Of a DNA stretch of 64,000 nt, positions 28,176 through 37,129 are shown in pieces. Under the pieces are notes generated by a model. That model saw only the letters and a list, made by a program, of their open reading frames with translations, was not told the DNA's origin and searched no databases. Position 1 is the stretch's first letter, and every line of letters begins with the position of its first letter. The stretch is from an uncultured Gemmatimonadales bacterium (GTDB lineage Bacteria > Gemmatimonadota > Gemmatimonadetes > Gemmatimonadales > Gemmatimonadaceae), in NCBI GenBank assembly GCA_963701965.1, contig OY969695.1, positions 2,432,001-2,496,000 on the forward strand, read 5' to 3'. Made by a program: the position numbers and the translations under genes.

Positions 28176-29845
28176 TACGCCTGCGCCAAATATTGATGCG
28201 TGAACTGCACGGCGATCGACCCTTCACCGACCGCCGACGCCACACGCTTGATCGATTGATAGCGAACATCGCCCGCGCAGAAAATGCCGGGCACACTCGC
28301 CTCCAACAAGAACGGATCGCGGTCGAGCGGCCAGCCGGAGGGTCGCTTGCCGTTCACGACGAGATCGGGACCCGTGAGGATGAATCCGTTCTTGTCGCGG
28401 GTCACGACATCGTTGAGCCAGTCCGTCCGCGGCGCGGCGCCAATGAAGATGAAGAGCGACGACGTCTGACGGACTTGCCGCTGACCGTCGGCGCACTCAA
28501 CCGTGATGCAGTCCAGATGATCGTTGCCCGTCACTCCGACAATGCACGTGCGCGGCTCGACCCGGATATTGGGCGTCCCGGCGATCTGGTCGATCAAGTA
28601 CTGCGACATCGTGGCGCCCAGTCCGGGGCCCCGCACGAGAATGTTGACCTGCCGCGCGAACTGCGCCATGTAGACCGCGGCCTGCCCGGCGGAGTTGCCA
28701 CCGCCCACGATGAAGACTTCCTCGTCGCGGCAGGCGATCGCCTCAGCCGTCGACGCCCCATAGTACACACCGGCGCCCGTGAGGGCCTCGGCCCCCGGGA
28801 CCTCGAGCATACGATAGGAGACGCCGGTCGCGACGACCATCACGCGGGCCGACAGCTCGCTGCCGTCGCCCAGGGTGAGCACCCGATACTGTCCGTCGAT
28901 CCGTACATTGCGCACTTCCTGCGGGCTCAGGATCTCGGCGCCGAACCGGCGCGCCTGTGCGACGCCGCGTCGCGTGAGATCCGCGCCCGACAAACCGGCC
29001 GGGAACCCTAAATAGTTCTCGATACGCGAGCTAGTTCCCGCCTGCCCCCCGGGGGCCTCGCGCTCCACCAGGATCGTCTTGAGACCCTCCGACGCCCCGT
29101 ACACCGCCGCGGCCAGCCCGGCGGGGCCGGCGCCGACGACGGCCAGGTCGTAGAACGGCTTTTCGGCCCGCGTCTGCATGCCCACGCGCTGGGCGACCGT
29201 GATCGGGTCGGGATTGCCGATCTGCGTGCCATCGGAAAACAGCACGAGGGGCAGGCGCGGCCGCTCGCCATTGGCGGCCTGCGTCGCCCGCTCCACCAGC
29301 GCCGTGCCTTCGGTGCCGGCGTCGAGATCCACCCACTGGTAGGGGATCAGATTCCGGCCGAGAAATTCCCGCAGGGCGTGCGACTGCGGCGACCACCGGT
29401 TGCCCACGACGCGGAGCCCCTCGAACGCGGGCCGGTGCCCGGATTTCCAATCGTCGAGGAGATCCGTCAGGTACGGGTACAGATTCTCTTCGGGCGGATC
29501 CCAGGGCTTGATCAGATAGTAGTCGATCCGCGCCGTGTTGATGGCGCGGATCGCCGCATCCGTGTCCGCGTATGCCGTGAGCAACACCCGCTTGGCCTGC
29601 GGGTACAGCTGAATGGCCCGCTCCAGAAACTCGACCCCGGTCATCACCGGCATCCGCTGATCGACGAGCAACAGCGCCACAGGGTCGCCGCGGAGTGTCA
29701 GCTTCTCCAGCGCGTCGAGCGCCGCCGGCCCCGATTCCGCGCGCATGACGCGGAAATCGGCGCCGTACTTCCGTCGGAGATCACGCTCGACGGCCCGCGA
29801 GACCTCCGGATCGTCGTCGACTGTGAACAGGATGGGTTTGGCCAC
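28175..29845 (-). CDS. Response regulator receiver + thioredoxin-reductase-like FAD oxidoreductase fusion
   Basis: VDDD, LVDQRMP, IKPW; GAGPAG, SRIENYLGFP, GGGNSAGQ, AGDVR..KRVASAVGEG. Confidence 0.9.
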   Translation of the reverse strand: MAKPILFTVDDDPEVSRAVERDLRRKYGADFRVMRAESGPAALDALEKLTLRGDPVALLLVDQRMPVMTGVEFLERAIQLYPQAKRVLLTAYADTDAAIRAINTARIDYYLIKPWDPPEENLYPYLTDLLDDWKSGHRPAFEGLRVVGNRWSPQSHALREFLGRNLIPYQWVDLDAGTEGTALVERATQAANGERPRLPLVLFSDGTQIGNPDPITVAQRVGMQTRAEKPFYDLAVVGAGPAGLAAAVYGASEGLKTILVEREAPGGQAGTSSRIENYLGFPAGLSGADLTRRGVAQARRFGAEILSPQEVRNVRIDGQYRVLTLGDGSELSARVMVVATGVSYRMLEVPGAEALTGAGVYYGASTAEAIACRDEEVFIVGGGNSAGQAAVYMAQFARQVNILVRGPGLGATMSQYLIDQIAGTPNIRVEPRTCIVGVTGNDHLDCITVECADGQRQVRQTSSLFIFIGAAPRTDWLNDVVTRDKNGFILTGPDLVVNGKRPSGWPLDRDPFLLEASVPGIFCAGDVRYQSIKRVASAVGEGSIAVQFTHQYLAQA

Positions 29846-29865
29846 GCACTAAAGCTAACCTTGCC

Positions 29866-31242
29866 TTAAACAGCATCCGACAGGCTCGTGAAATTGAAGT
29901 CGTGTGCCTTGATGGCCGGCATGACGATGTCACCGCCCTGTTCCGTCCCAGCGAGCCGAACCGACGGACCCAGCGCCTCGGCATTCGCCATGAGAAACAG
30001 CGGGGACTCGTTGAACCGGAAGTTCTTGATCGACTTCGAGATCTTGCCGCCCTCGATCAGGAACGTCCCGTCACGGGTGAGGCCGGTAATGAGCAAAACG
30101 CGCGGGTCGACCATGCGCAAATACCACAAACGCGTCACGAGCACGCCGCGATCGGTGCCCTTGATCATGTCCTCGACCGATGTGTCGCCCCCGGACAACT
30201 TGAGCGGAGCGTTTCCGCCAAAGCCGCCGCCACCGAACGGGTTGCCACGGAACGGCTTCCCTTGTTTCTGCGCCCAGAACCGCGAGTAGGCGAGCTCTTT
30301 GAGGACGCCGTTCTCGATCCAGACCTGCCGGCCCAGCGGAAAACCGTTGTTATCAAACGGTTGCGAGAGCAGCTGCGGATCGGCGGGGTCCGAGAACAAC
30401 GTGATCTTGGGACTGGCCACGGTCTCGCCGACCTTGTTGCCCCCGCCCTGCTTGGCGAAGGGACTCCGCCCCTCGTCCGCCGTGCGCGCCTGCAGCCCAG
30501 CCGCGGTCAACTGCACGAGATCGCCGACGGCCTGCGGTTCGAGCACGACGGTGTAGCGTCCCGGCTCGATGGCCACGGGACTGCGCGAGGCCTGCGCCTT
30601 CTCCAGCGCCCGGGTGGCGATCGCCTGGAAGTCGAGTTTGGACCAGTCTTCATTGTCGGCGCCCGCCCACCCGGAGCCCGTCCCGTCCGCGGTCCGCACG
30701 GTGAGCGTGTAGTTCGCCGATGTCCGGCGGTGGTAAGCGGCGAGTCCCGCCTTGTTGCCATTGAGCACGGCGTGGCTGCCGGTGACGATGAATCCCGCGG
30801 CGGTGACGCCGGCCGTCTTGCGGGCGGGATCCAGCGCGACCAGCGCGGCGCGGGCCCGCTCGCCGGCGGTGAGATTGGCCGTGGACTCGAAAAAAGCACC
30901 CACGGGCCCGTACTGCTGGCCGCCCAACGCCGGCATGTTCTCCGGATCATTGGGCGCCAATCGGGCAATCGTCTCCGACTGGGCGACGGCGCGGGCGATG
31001 CCCTCATCGGAGAGATCGTTCGTGGAGACGACGGCGTGCTTGGGACCAAAGAAGCTCTCCACGGCCACGCTGGTGTCGCTGATCTCACCGGAGGTCGAGA
31101 GTTGATTGGCCGCGAACCGGGTGTTGCCCGTGACGGTCGACGTCACGGTGACATTGATCCCGTCCGCTTTGGATGCCTTGATCGCCCGTTCGACGATCCC
31201 CTGCATCTCGTCGCGTGAGAGAATCGAGAATGTGTCGCTCAC
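29866..31242 (-). CDS. tldE: TldE/PmbA family protein
   Basis: TRFAAN, IEPGRYTVVLEP, TGLTRDGTFLIE, NFRFNES; follows tldD. Confidence 0.85.
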   Translation of the reverse strand: MSDTFSILSRDEMQGIVERAIKASKADGINVTVTSTVTGNTRFAANQLSTSGEISDTSVAVESFFGPKHAVVSTNDLSDEGIARAVAQSETIARLAPNDPENMPALGGQQYGPVGAFFESTANLTAGERARAALVALDPARKTAGVTAAGFIVTGSHAVLNGNKAGLAAYHRRTSANYTLTVRTADGTGSGWAGADNEDWSKLDFQAIATRALEKAQASRSPVAIEPGRYTVVLEPQAVGDLVQLTAAGLQARTADEGRSPFAKQGGGNKVGETVASPKITLFSDPADPQLLSQPFDNNGFPLGRQVWIENGVLKELAYSRFWAQKQGKPFRGNPFGGGGFGGNAPLKLSGGDTSVEDMIKGTDRGVLVTRLWYLRMVDPRVLLITGLTRDGTFLIEGGKISKSIKNFRFNESPLFLMANAEALGPSVRLAGTEQGGDIVMPAIKAHDFNFTSLSDAV

Positions 31243-32843
31243 GCCTTCCTCCCCGTATTGATGACGTTGACCTGTGAGAAGCGGGCCGGCACGCAGCCGT
31301 GGCTCACCGCGTTGGACTGGGGCGGCTGGCCTTTGCCATCGCCGAACGCGCCGCCGAGCAGGTAGCTGCGCTTGCCCCCGATCATGTTCATCGAGTTCCA
31401 GAAGTCAGGCGTGCGGAACTGGTACGCGACGTCCTTCAGCATACCGACGATCTTGCCTCCCTTGATCTCGTAGAACACCTGGCCGCTGAACTGCGCGTTG
31501 TAGCGCTGTTGGTCGATGGAGAACGATCCATCGCCCATGATCGCGATGCCGCGGTCGGTCGCCGCGATGAGATCCTCCCACACCAGATCTTTCTCGCCCG
31601 GTAGCAGCGAGACGTTGCACATCCGCTGGAACTGGACGTTCTGCCACCCCTGGGCATACGAACAGCCGTGCGAGCGCACGGGCCGACCGGTCTTGTCGTA
31701 CCACCATTTGAGCCAGTTGGCTTGCTCGCGGGTGGTCTGATAATCGTTGAACATGCCGTTCTTGATGATCAGGAAGGTCTCGGGCTTCACGCCTTCGTCG
31801 TCGTACCCGATCGTCGACAGTCCGCCTTCCTGCGACCGGTCGCCCTGGATGTTCATCATCGGGGGACCGTAGCGCAGCTGACCCAGCACTTTCTCCGGCG
31901 GCGCCACGAAGCTGGTGCCGGCGAAGTTGGCTTCGTACCCGTCGGCGCGGTCCAGCTCCGTGGGATGGCCGATCGATTCATGAATCGGCAGCCAGAGCGT
32001 CGTGGGATGGAGGACGAGATCATAACGTCCCACTTCCACGGGCTTGGCCTTGAGCTTCTCGGCGGCCTGCTCGGCCCATTCCTTGGCGTGCCCGGCGAGA
32101 TCGGTCTCCAGCACGTACTCCCAGCCTTGGCCCTTGGGGGCCGCGACGTTCGTCCGCGTCTGAAAGTCCGTGTGATCGCTGGACACGGCGGTGATGGCCA
32201 TCGTGGGGCCGGTGCGCACCACCGTCTGCGTGATGACCGAGCCCTCCGTCGACGCGAAGTGGCGCTCCTCCTTTACGAACTGCAGGCCGCTGTTCACGAA
32301 CTGGACGCCCGGGACTTTGAGGGCCTCGGCGTTGGCGGAGAGCAGGATCTCGACCTTTTGCCCGACCGGGATGTCGAACGGATCCGTCTTGAATCCGTTG
32401 TTCCACGTGACGTCGCTGTAGGCGGCCGTCGGCGTCAATTCCACGGGGGCCGCGCGCGCGATGCGATTGGCTTTGGCGATGGCGACGGCTTGCTTGGCGG
32501 CGCTGGCCACGCCGTCGGGGGTCAACTGTCGCGTTGCTGCGAAGCCCCACGTCCCATCCACCAGCACGCGGACCCCGCACCCGAGGGTGTCGTTGTCCAC
32601 CACATTCAGGATCTGGTGCTCGCGCGTGAACACCAAGTTGGTCCGCCACCGGGCCACCCGCACGTCGGCGTAGCCGGCCCCGGCGGACTTCGCCGCGTTG
32701 AGCGCGGCCATCAACAGGCCGCGCGCTTCGGGCGGGTCGTTGAAGACCCTGAGGGCCGCGTCGATGGCCCGTGTCGAGCGGTGTCCCATTGTGGCGACGG
32801 CGAGAACCGCGCTGTGCTTGAGAAAATCCCGTCGATCGGTCAT
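31239..32843 (-). CDS. tldD: TldD family metalloprotease with Tat signal
   Basis: MTDRRDFLK twin-arginine leader, HESIGH, YDDEG, GKGQPPQ..VSHGC. Confidence 0.88.
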   Translation of the reverse strand: MTDRRDFLKHSAVLAVATMGHRSTRAIDAALRVFNDPPEARGLLMAALNAAKSAGAGYADVRVARWRTNLVFTREHQILNVVDNDTLGCGVRVLVDGTWGFAATRQLTPDGVASAAKQAVAIAKANRIARAAPVELTPTAAYSDVTWNNGFKTDPFDIPVGQKVEILLSANAEALKVPGVQFVNSGLQFVKEERHFASTEGSVITQTVVRTGPTMAITAVSSDHTDFQTRTNVAAPKGQGWEYVLETDLAGHAKEWAEQAAEKLKAKPVEVGRYDLVLHPTTLWLPIHESIGHPTELDRADGYEANFAGTSFVAPPEKVLGQLRYGPPMMNIQGDRSQEGGLSTIGYDDEGVKPETFLIIKNGMFNDYQTTREQANWLKWWYDKTGRPVRSHGCSYAQGWQNVQFQRMCNVSLLPGEKDLVWEDLIAATDRGIAIMGDGSFSIDQQRYNAQFSGQVFYEIKGGKIVGMLKDVAYQFRTPDFWNSMNMIGGKRSYLLGGAFGDGKGQPPQSNAVSHGCVPARFSQVNVINTGRKA

Positions 32844-32853
32844 GCATTCCCCT

Positions 32854-33186
32854 GTGGCGACAATCGAAGACTTCGTACGCGTCGACATCCGCGTCGGCAC
32901 CGTCCTCGAAGCTGCTGCATTTCCCGACGCGCGCAAGCCGTCCATCAAACTCAAAATCGATTTTGGGCCGGAGATCGGGATCAAAGCGTCGAGCGCCCAG
33001 CTCACGGTCTACTACGACCCGCCGGCGCTCATCGGCCGCCAGGTCGTTGCGGTCGTGAATTTTCCGCCGCGCCGGATCGCCGGATTTTCCAGCGAGGTCC
33101 TGGTGCTGGGCGCCATGCCGAGCCCGACCGACGTCATCCTTCTTGCGCCCGACCAACCCGTCGCGAACGGCGTGCGAATTGGGTAG
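32854..33186 (+). CDS. csaA: CsaA / tRNA-binding OB-fold protein
   Basis: DFVRVDIRVG, SSAQLT, VVNFPPRRIAGFSSEVLVLG; start GTG 32854 or ATG 32842. Confidence 0.88.
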   Translation: MATIEDFVRVDIRVGTVLEAAAFPDARKPSIKLKIDFGPEIGIKASSAQLTVYYDPPALIGRQVVAVVNFPPRRIAGFSSEVLVLGAMPSPTDVILLAPDQPVANGVRIG

Positions 33187-33198
33187 TCTACGGGTCCT

Positions 33199-34110
33199 AT
33201 GGCGAGCGGTTGGTGGCGGCGGCGGGCGACGCCGCTGGAGAATCGGGCCGGCGGCGCCGACCGGTGGTACCTCTGGCGCAGGCACCGCATCGCCTATGGC
33301 GTCCGCGGGAATGGATCGCCGCTCCTGCTCGTCCACGGGATCCACGCGGCGGCGTGGTCCTATGAGTGGCGGCTGGCGGCGGACGCGCTCGGGGCCCGGC
33401 ACACGGTCTACACGATCGACCTGCTGGGTTTCGGCCGGTCGGATCGCCCGGCGATCCGGTATTCGTCGGCCCTCTACGTCGACCTGCTGAGCGACGTCCT
33501 CCGCGACGTCGTCCGGGCGCCGTGCACGATGATCGCGGGTGCGTTGGGTGCCGCGTACGCGACGGCCGCGGCGGCACGCCATCCGGAACGCGTTGGCGCG
33601 TTGGTGCTGGTCGAGCCGGCCGGATTGACGCCGGGTACGCGGCGCGGCGGACGCTGGCGGACCATCCTGCGCCGCGCATTGTACGGACCGGTCGTCGGCG
33701 CGTCGTTGTTCCACGCCCAAACGCGCCGCTCGGCGCTCCGCCGCCGGTTTCGGCTGGCGTACGCGACCGAGGCGCGTGTAACGGACGACATGGTGGAGCA
33801 CTACCATGAGACCGCGCGGCAACCGGGCGCGCGGCATGCGCCGGCGGCGTGGGGGGCGTTCCGGCTGGACCTGGACGTGACCGCGGTCTGGCCGCGGCTC
33901 ATCCACCCCACGCTCATCGTGTGGGGCGCGCACCCGCACCACGCGCCATTAGCGGATTTGCGCGCGCTCCGCGCGGCCCGGCCCGCGGCTGACGCCGCGA
34001 TCATCGAAGGCGCGGGCGACCTCCCGCACGAGGAGTCGAGCGAGGATTTCGTCGAGGTGGTGGAGGCTTTTTTCAGCGGTGCTCGCCAGGACTCACCGGT
34101 GGTGCTTTAG
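33199..34110 (+). CDS. Alpha/beta hydrolase fold protein
   Basis: LLLVHGI, IDLLGFGRSDRP, PTLIVWG, LPHEE. Confidence 0.8.
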   Translation: MASGWWRRRATPLENRAGGADRWYLWRRHRIAYGVRGNGSPLLLVHGIHAAAWSYEWRLAADALGARHTVYTIDLLGFGRSDRPAIRYSSALYVDLLSDVLRDVVRAPCTMIAGALGAAYATAAAARHPERVGALVLVEPAGLTPGTRRGGRWRTILRRALYGPVVGASLFHAQTRRSALRRRFRLAYATEARVTDDMVEHYHETARQPGARHAPAAWGAFRLDLDVTAVWPRLIHPTLIVWGAHPHHAPLADLRALRAARPAADAAIIEGAGDLPHEESSEDFVEVVEAFFSGARQDSPVVL

Positions 34111-34178
34111 CAGGTGCTAGCGCACCTGCCAAAGCACCGTCGGTTGGATGGGCCGCGGCACTGCAACTCCGCGGGGCC
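34101..34178 (-). repeat. Hairpin-linker-hairpin element between convergent genes
   Basis: Minus strand: CCGCGG..GCA..CCGCGG, then ATCCAACCGAC, then GGTGCTTTGGCAGGTGC-GCTA-GCACCTGCTAAAGCACC. Confidence 0.7.
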
Positions 34179-34202
34179 AGCGGCGCGGCTGCTGTAGAGC
34201 GG

Positions 34203-35252
34203 CTAGATGCGCGCCCCAGTCGCGGGGTCGAACGTATGCACCTGATCCAAGTCGATGCCCAGCGTGACCTCGCTCCCAATGCTCGGCGCGGCGTCGGGCG
34301 ACACCCGCGCGGTCAGCGCACCGTCCGCGAAGCGGACGTGCAGTAGCGCTTCCGGTCCCAGCGGCTCCACCAGCTCGACGCGCGCTCGAATCGTCCCATT
34401 TGGCGATGGCCGGAGATGCTCCGGCCTCACCCCGATTGTTACTGGCCGATCGCCGAGCCGCGCCAGCGGAAAGCTCAGCGTATCGTGCGGCGCGTGAAAC
34501 ACGCCGCCGTCCACACGCCCGTCGATGAGGTTCATCGGCGGACTCCCCATGAACGTGGCCACGAACCGATTCGCGGGCCGCTCGTAGATGACGCGCGGCG
34601 CGTCGACTTGCTGAACCGCCCCGCGCTCCATGACGACGATGCGGTCGCCCATGGTCATGGCTTCCACTTGATCATGGGTGACGTAGATCGTGGTCGCCCG
34701 AAACTCCCGGTGAATCCGCGCGATCTCACGCCGCATCTCCAGCCGGAGTTGGGCGTCGAGGTTGGAAAGGGGCTCGTCGAACAAGAACACCTGGGGCTGA
34801 CGCACGATGGCCCGCCCGATGGCCACGCGCTGCCGCTGGCCGCCCGACAGCTCCTTCGGCTTCCGGTCCAGCAACTCGTCGAGGCCGAGCACTTCGGCGG
34901 CGTGCCCGACCCGGGTGCTGATCTCCGTGGCGGGCAACCGTCGCAGCTCGAGCGCGAACGCCATGTTCTCCCGGACGGACATGTGCGGGTACAAGGCGTA
35001 GTTCTGAAAGACCATTGCGATGTCGCGCTCTTTCGGCGGGACGTCGTTGACGACGCGCCCCCCGATCGCGACCGCGCCCGACGTGATGACCTCGAGTCCG
35101 GCGATGAGCCGCAACGTGGTCGTCTTGCCGCACCCCGACGGGCCGACAAGCACGACGAACTCGCCGTCCGCGATATCGAGGCTCACGTCGCGCACGACCA
35201 CGTTGTCCGGTTCGTACGTCTTCCGGACCCGGTCCAGTGTCACTCGCGCCAT
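34203..35252 (-). CDS. Sugar ABC transporter ATPase (MalK/UgpC-like)
   Basis: GPSGCGKT, VFQNYALYPHM, LSGGQRQR, DEPLSNLD, TOBE-like tail. Confidence 0.92.
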   Translation of the reverse strand: MARVTLDRVRKTYEPDNVVVRDVSLDIADGEFVVLVGPSGCGKTTTLRLIAGLEVITSGAVAIGGRVVNDVPPKERDIAMVFQNYALYPHMSVRENMAFALELRRLPATEISTRVGHAAEVLGLDELLDRKPKELSGGQRQRVAIGRAIVRQPQVFLFDEPLSNLDAQLRLEMRREIARIHREFRATTIYVTHDQVEAMTMGDRIVVMERGAVQQVDAPRVIYERPANRFVATFMGSPPMNLIDGRVDGGVFHAPHDTLSFPLARLGDRPVTIGVRPEHLRPSPNGTIRARVELVEPLGPEALLHVRFADGALTARVSPDAAPSIGSEVTLGIDLDQVHTFDPATGARI

Positions 35253-35446
35253 GTATGATCGGCAGGGAGGGCGTGGATGACGACACTGTCGGCGCGCGCA
35301 CCCACGGGTGCGCGGCGGGTGCTCACGCCCGGCGTGAGCCATTCACGGCGCAGGCCGGCGCCGACGACGAGCGTCGAGTCGTGGTGGGAGTCGTAGGCGA
35401 AGAGATCGCTCACGGCTCGAATGTACTCGGCGGCCACCAGCCCATC
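35240..35446 (-). pseudogene. Relic of a large glycan-locus gene
   Basis: Protein-like fragment VAAEYIRAVSDLFAYDSHHDSTLVVGAGLRREWL..VVIHALPA with no proper start, squeezed between permease and ATPase. Confidence 0.55.
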
Positions 35447-36269
35447 ACCCTTTGACACTCCCCATGGTAATGCCGGCGATGTAGTACCGCTGGAGCAGCA
35501 CGAACGCGGTCAGCACGGGGACCAGCGTCACCACGGCGCCGGCCATCATGAGCTCCGTATCCTGCACGTGCTCCCCGGTCAGGTTGGCCAGGGCCACCGG
35601 CAGCGTGTATTTGGCGTCATCGCTGAGGACGATCAACGGCCACATGAAGTCGTTCCACACGCTCATGAACATGAACACGGCGAACGTGACCAGGATCGGC
35701 GTGAGGAGCGGAAAGACGATGCGGCGAAAGATCGCGAACTCCCCGGCGCCATCAATGCGCGCGGCGTCGAGCAGATCGTCGGGAATCGAGGTCGCGTACT
35801 GCCGGATCAGAAAAATGCCGAAGATGCTCGCCATCGAGGGGATGATGACGGCCCAATAGGTGTTGACGAGGTGCATCTCCTTCATGAGCACGAACAGGGG
35901 CAACATCCCGACCTGCGCCGGGATCACGAGACCCGCCAACAGCAGCTTGAAGAGGGCGTCGCGGCCGCGGAACCGGAATTTCGCGAAGGCGTAGCCCGCC
36001 ATCGCGTTGATGATCGTGGAGAGGCCGGTCGCGGCCAGCGACACGATGGCGCTGTTGCGGAGGTTGCGGGCGACATCGAGCCGCGTGAAGAGCAGCCGGT
36101 AGTTCTCGAACGTCAGCGGATGCGGGATCAGCCGGGGCGGATAGGTCGTGGCCTGGCCGGCCGGCATCAGGGATGCCGCAACCATCCACAGGAGCGGCGC
36201 GAGCGTGGCGGCGGCGCCGGTCACCAGCGCCACGTGCAATAACACCACGCCCAGCGGGCGGCGGTTCAT
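35445..36269 (-). CDS. Carbohydrate ABC permease (MalG-like)
   Basis: AGYAFAK, IPDDLLDAARIDGA, WNDFMWP. Confidence 0.92.
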   Translation of the reverse strand: MNRRPLGVVLLHVALVTGAAATLAPLLWMVAASLMPAGQATTYPPRLIPHPLTFENYRLLFTRLDVARNLRNSAIVSLAATGLSTIINAMAGYAFAKFRFRGRDALFKLLLAGLVIPAQVGMLPLFVLMKEMHLVNTYWAVIIPSMASIFGIFLIRQYATSIPDDLLDAARIDGAGEFAIFRRIVFPLLTPILVTFAVFMFMSVWNDFMWPLIVLSDDAKYTLPVALANLTGEHVQDTELMMAGAVVTLVPVLTAFVLLQRYYIAGITMGSVKG

Positions 36270-37129
36270 CGGCGCAGCCGCCGTTGGACGAGGGTGCCGA
36301 TCAGCACCATCGCGAACAGGACGAAGGCGATGGCCGCGGCGAAGCCGAGGTGCCACCACCGGAATCCTTCCTCGTACATGTAGAGCACGATGCTGTATGT
36401 CGCGTGCAGCGGTCCGCCTTGCGTCATCACGTAGGGCTCGGCGAAGAGCTGCGTGTAGCCGATCATCGTGGTCACGCCGACGAACAAGAATGTCGGGCCC
36501 AGCATCGGCACCGTCACGTGCCGGAATCGTTGCCACGCGCTCGCGCCATCGACCAGCGCGGCGTCGTACAAATCCTGGGGGATCGCCTGCAGACCGGCGA
36601 CGAAGATGAGCATGTTGTACCCGAAGTTCTTCCACACCGTCATGAGGATGATCGACGGCATGGCCCATCGACGATCGCCGAGCCAGTCTATTCCACCGAG
36701 TCCTAGGCTTTTCAGAGCAAAGTTGATCAAACCAAAGCGCGGGTCGTACAGGTATCGCCAGATCACGGCCACGGCCACCAGCGTCGTCACGACCGGCACG
36801 AAGTAGAGGGCGCGGAACAGCGGTTGGGCCCGGGTGAGTTTCGCGTTGACGAGGAGCGCGGCGCCGAGGGACACGGCGACCGACAGTGGTCCCCCGACCG
36901 CCACGAAATACAACGTGTTGCCGATCGCCGTCCAGAAGAGCGGCGTGCGCAGGAGATCGATGTAATTGCGGGCGCCGACGAATCGCACGTTGCCCAGCGC
37001 CGCGACCGCGTAGATGTCGAAGTCGGTGGCGCTCAGCACGAGCGACGCCACGATGGGCACGACGAAGAACACCGCGATGAGGAGCATCGCGGGCAATAGA
37101 AACCAATAGGGCGCTCGCGTATCGCGCAC
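36266..37129 (-). CDS. Carbohydrate ABC permease (MalF-like)
   Basis: FVGARNY, WKNFGYNM, LYDAALVDGA, MTQGGP. Confidence 0.92.
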   Translation of the reverse strand: MRDTRAPYWFLLPAMLLIAVFFVVPIVASLVLSATDFDIYAVAALGNVRFVGARNYIDLLRTPLFWTAIGNTLYFVAVGGPLSVAVSLGAALLVNAKLTRAQPLFRALYFVPVVTTLVAVAVIWRYLYDPRFGLINFALKSLGLGGIDWLGDRRWAMPSIILMTVWKNFGYNMLIFVAGLQAIPQDLYDAALVDGASAWQRFRHVTVPMLGPTFLFVGVTTMIGYTQLFAEPYVMTQGGPLHATYSIVLYMYEEGFRWWHLGFAAAIAFVLFAMVLIGTLVQRRLRR

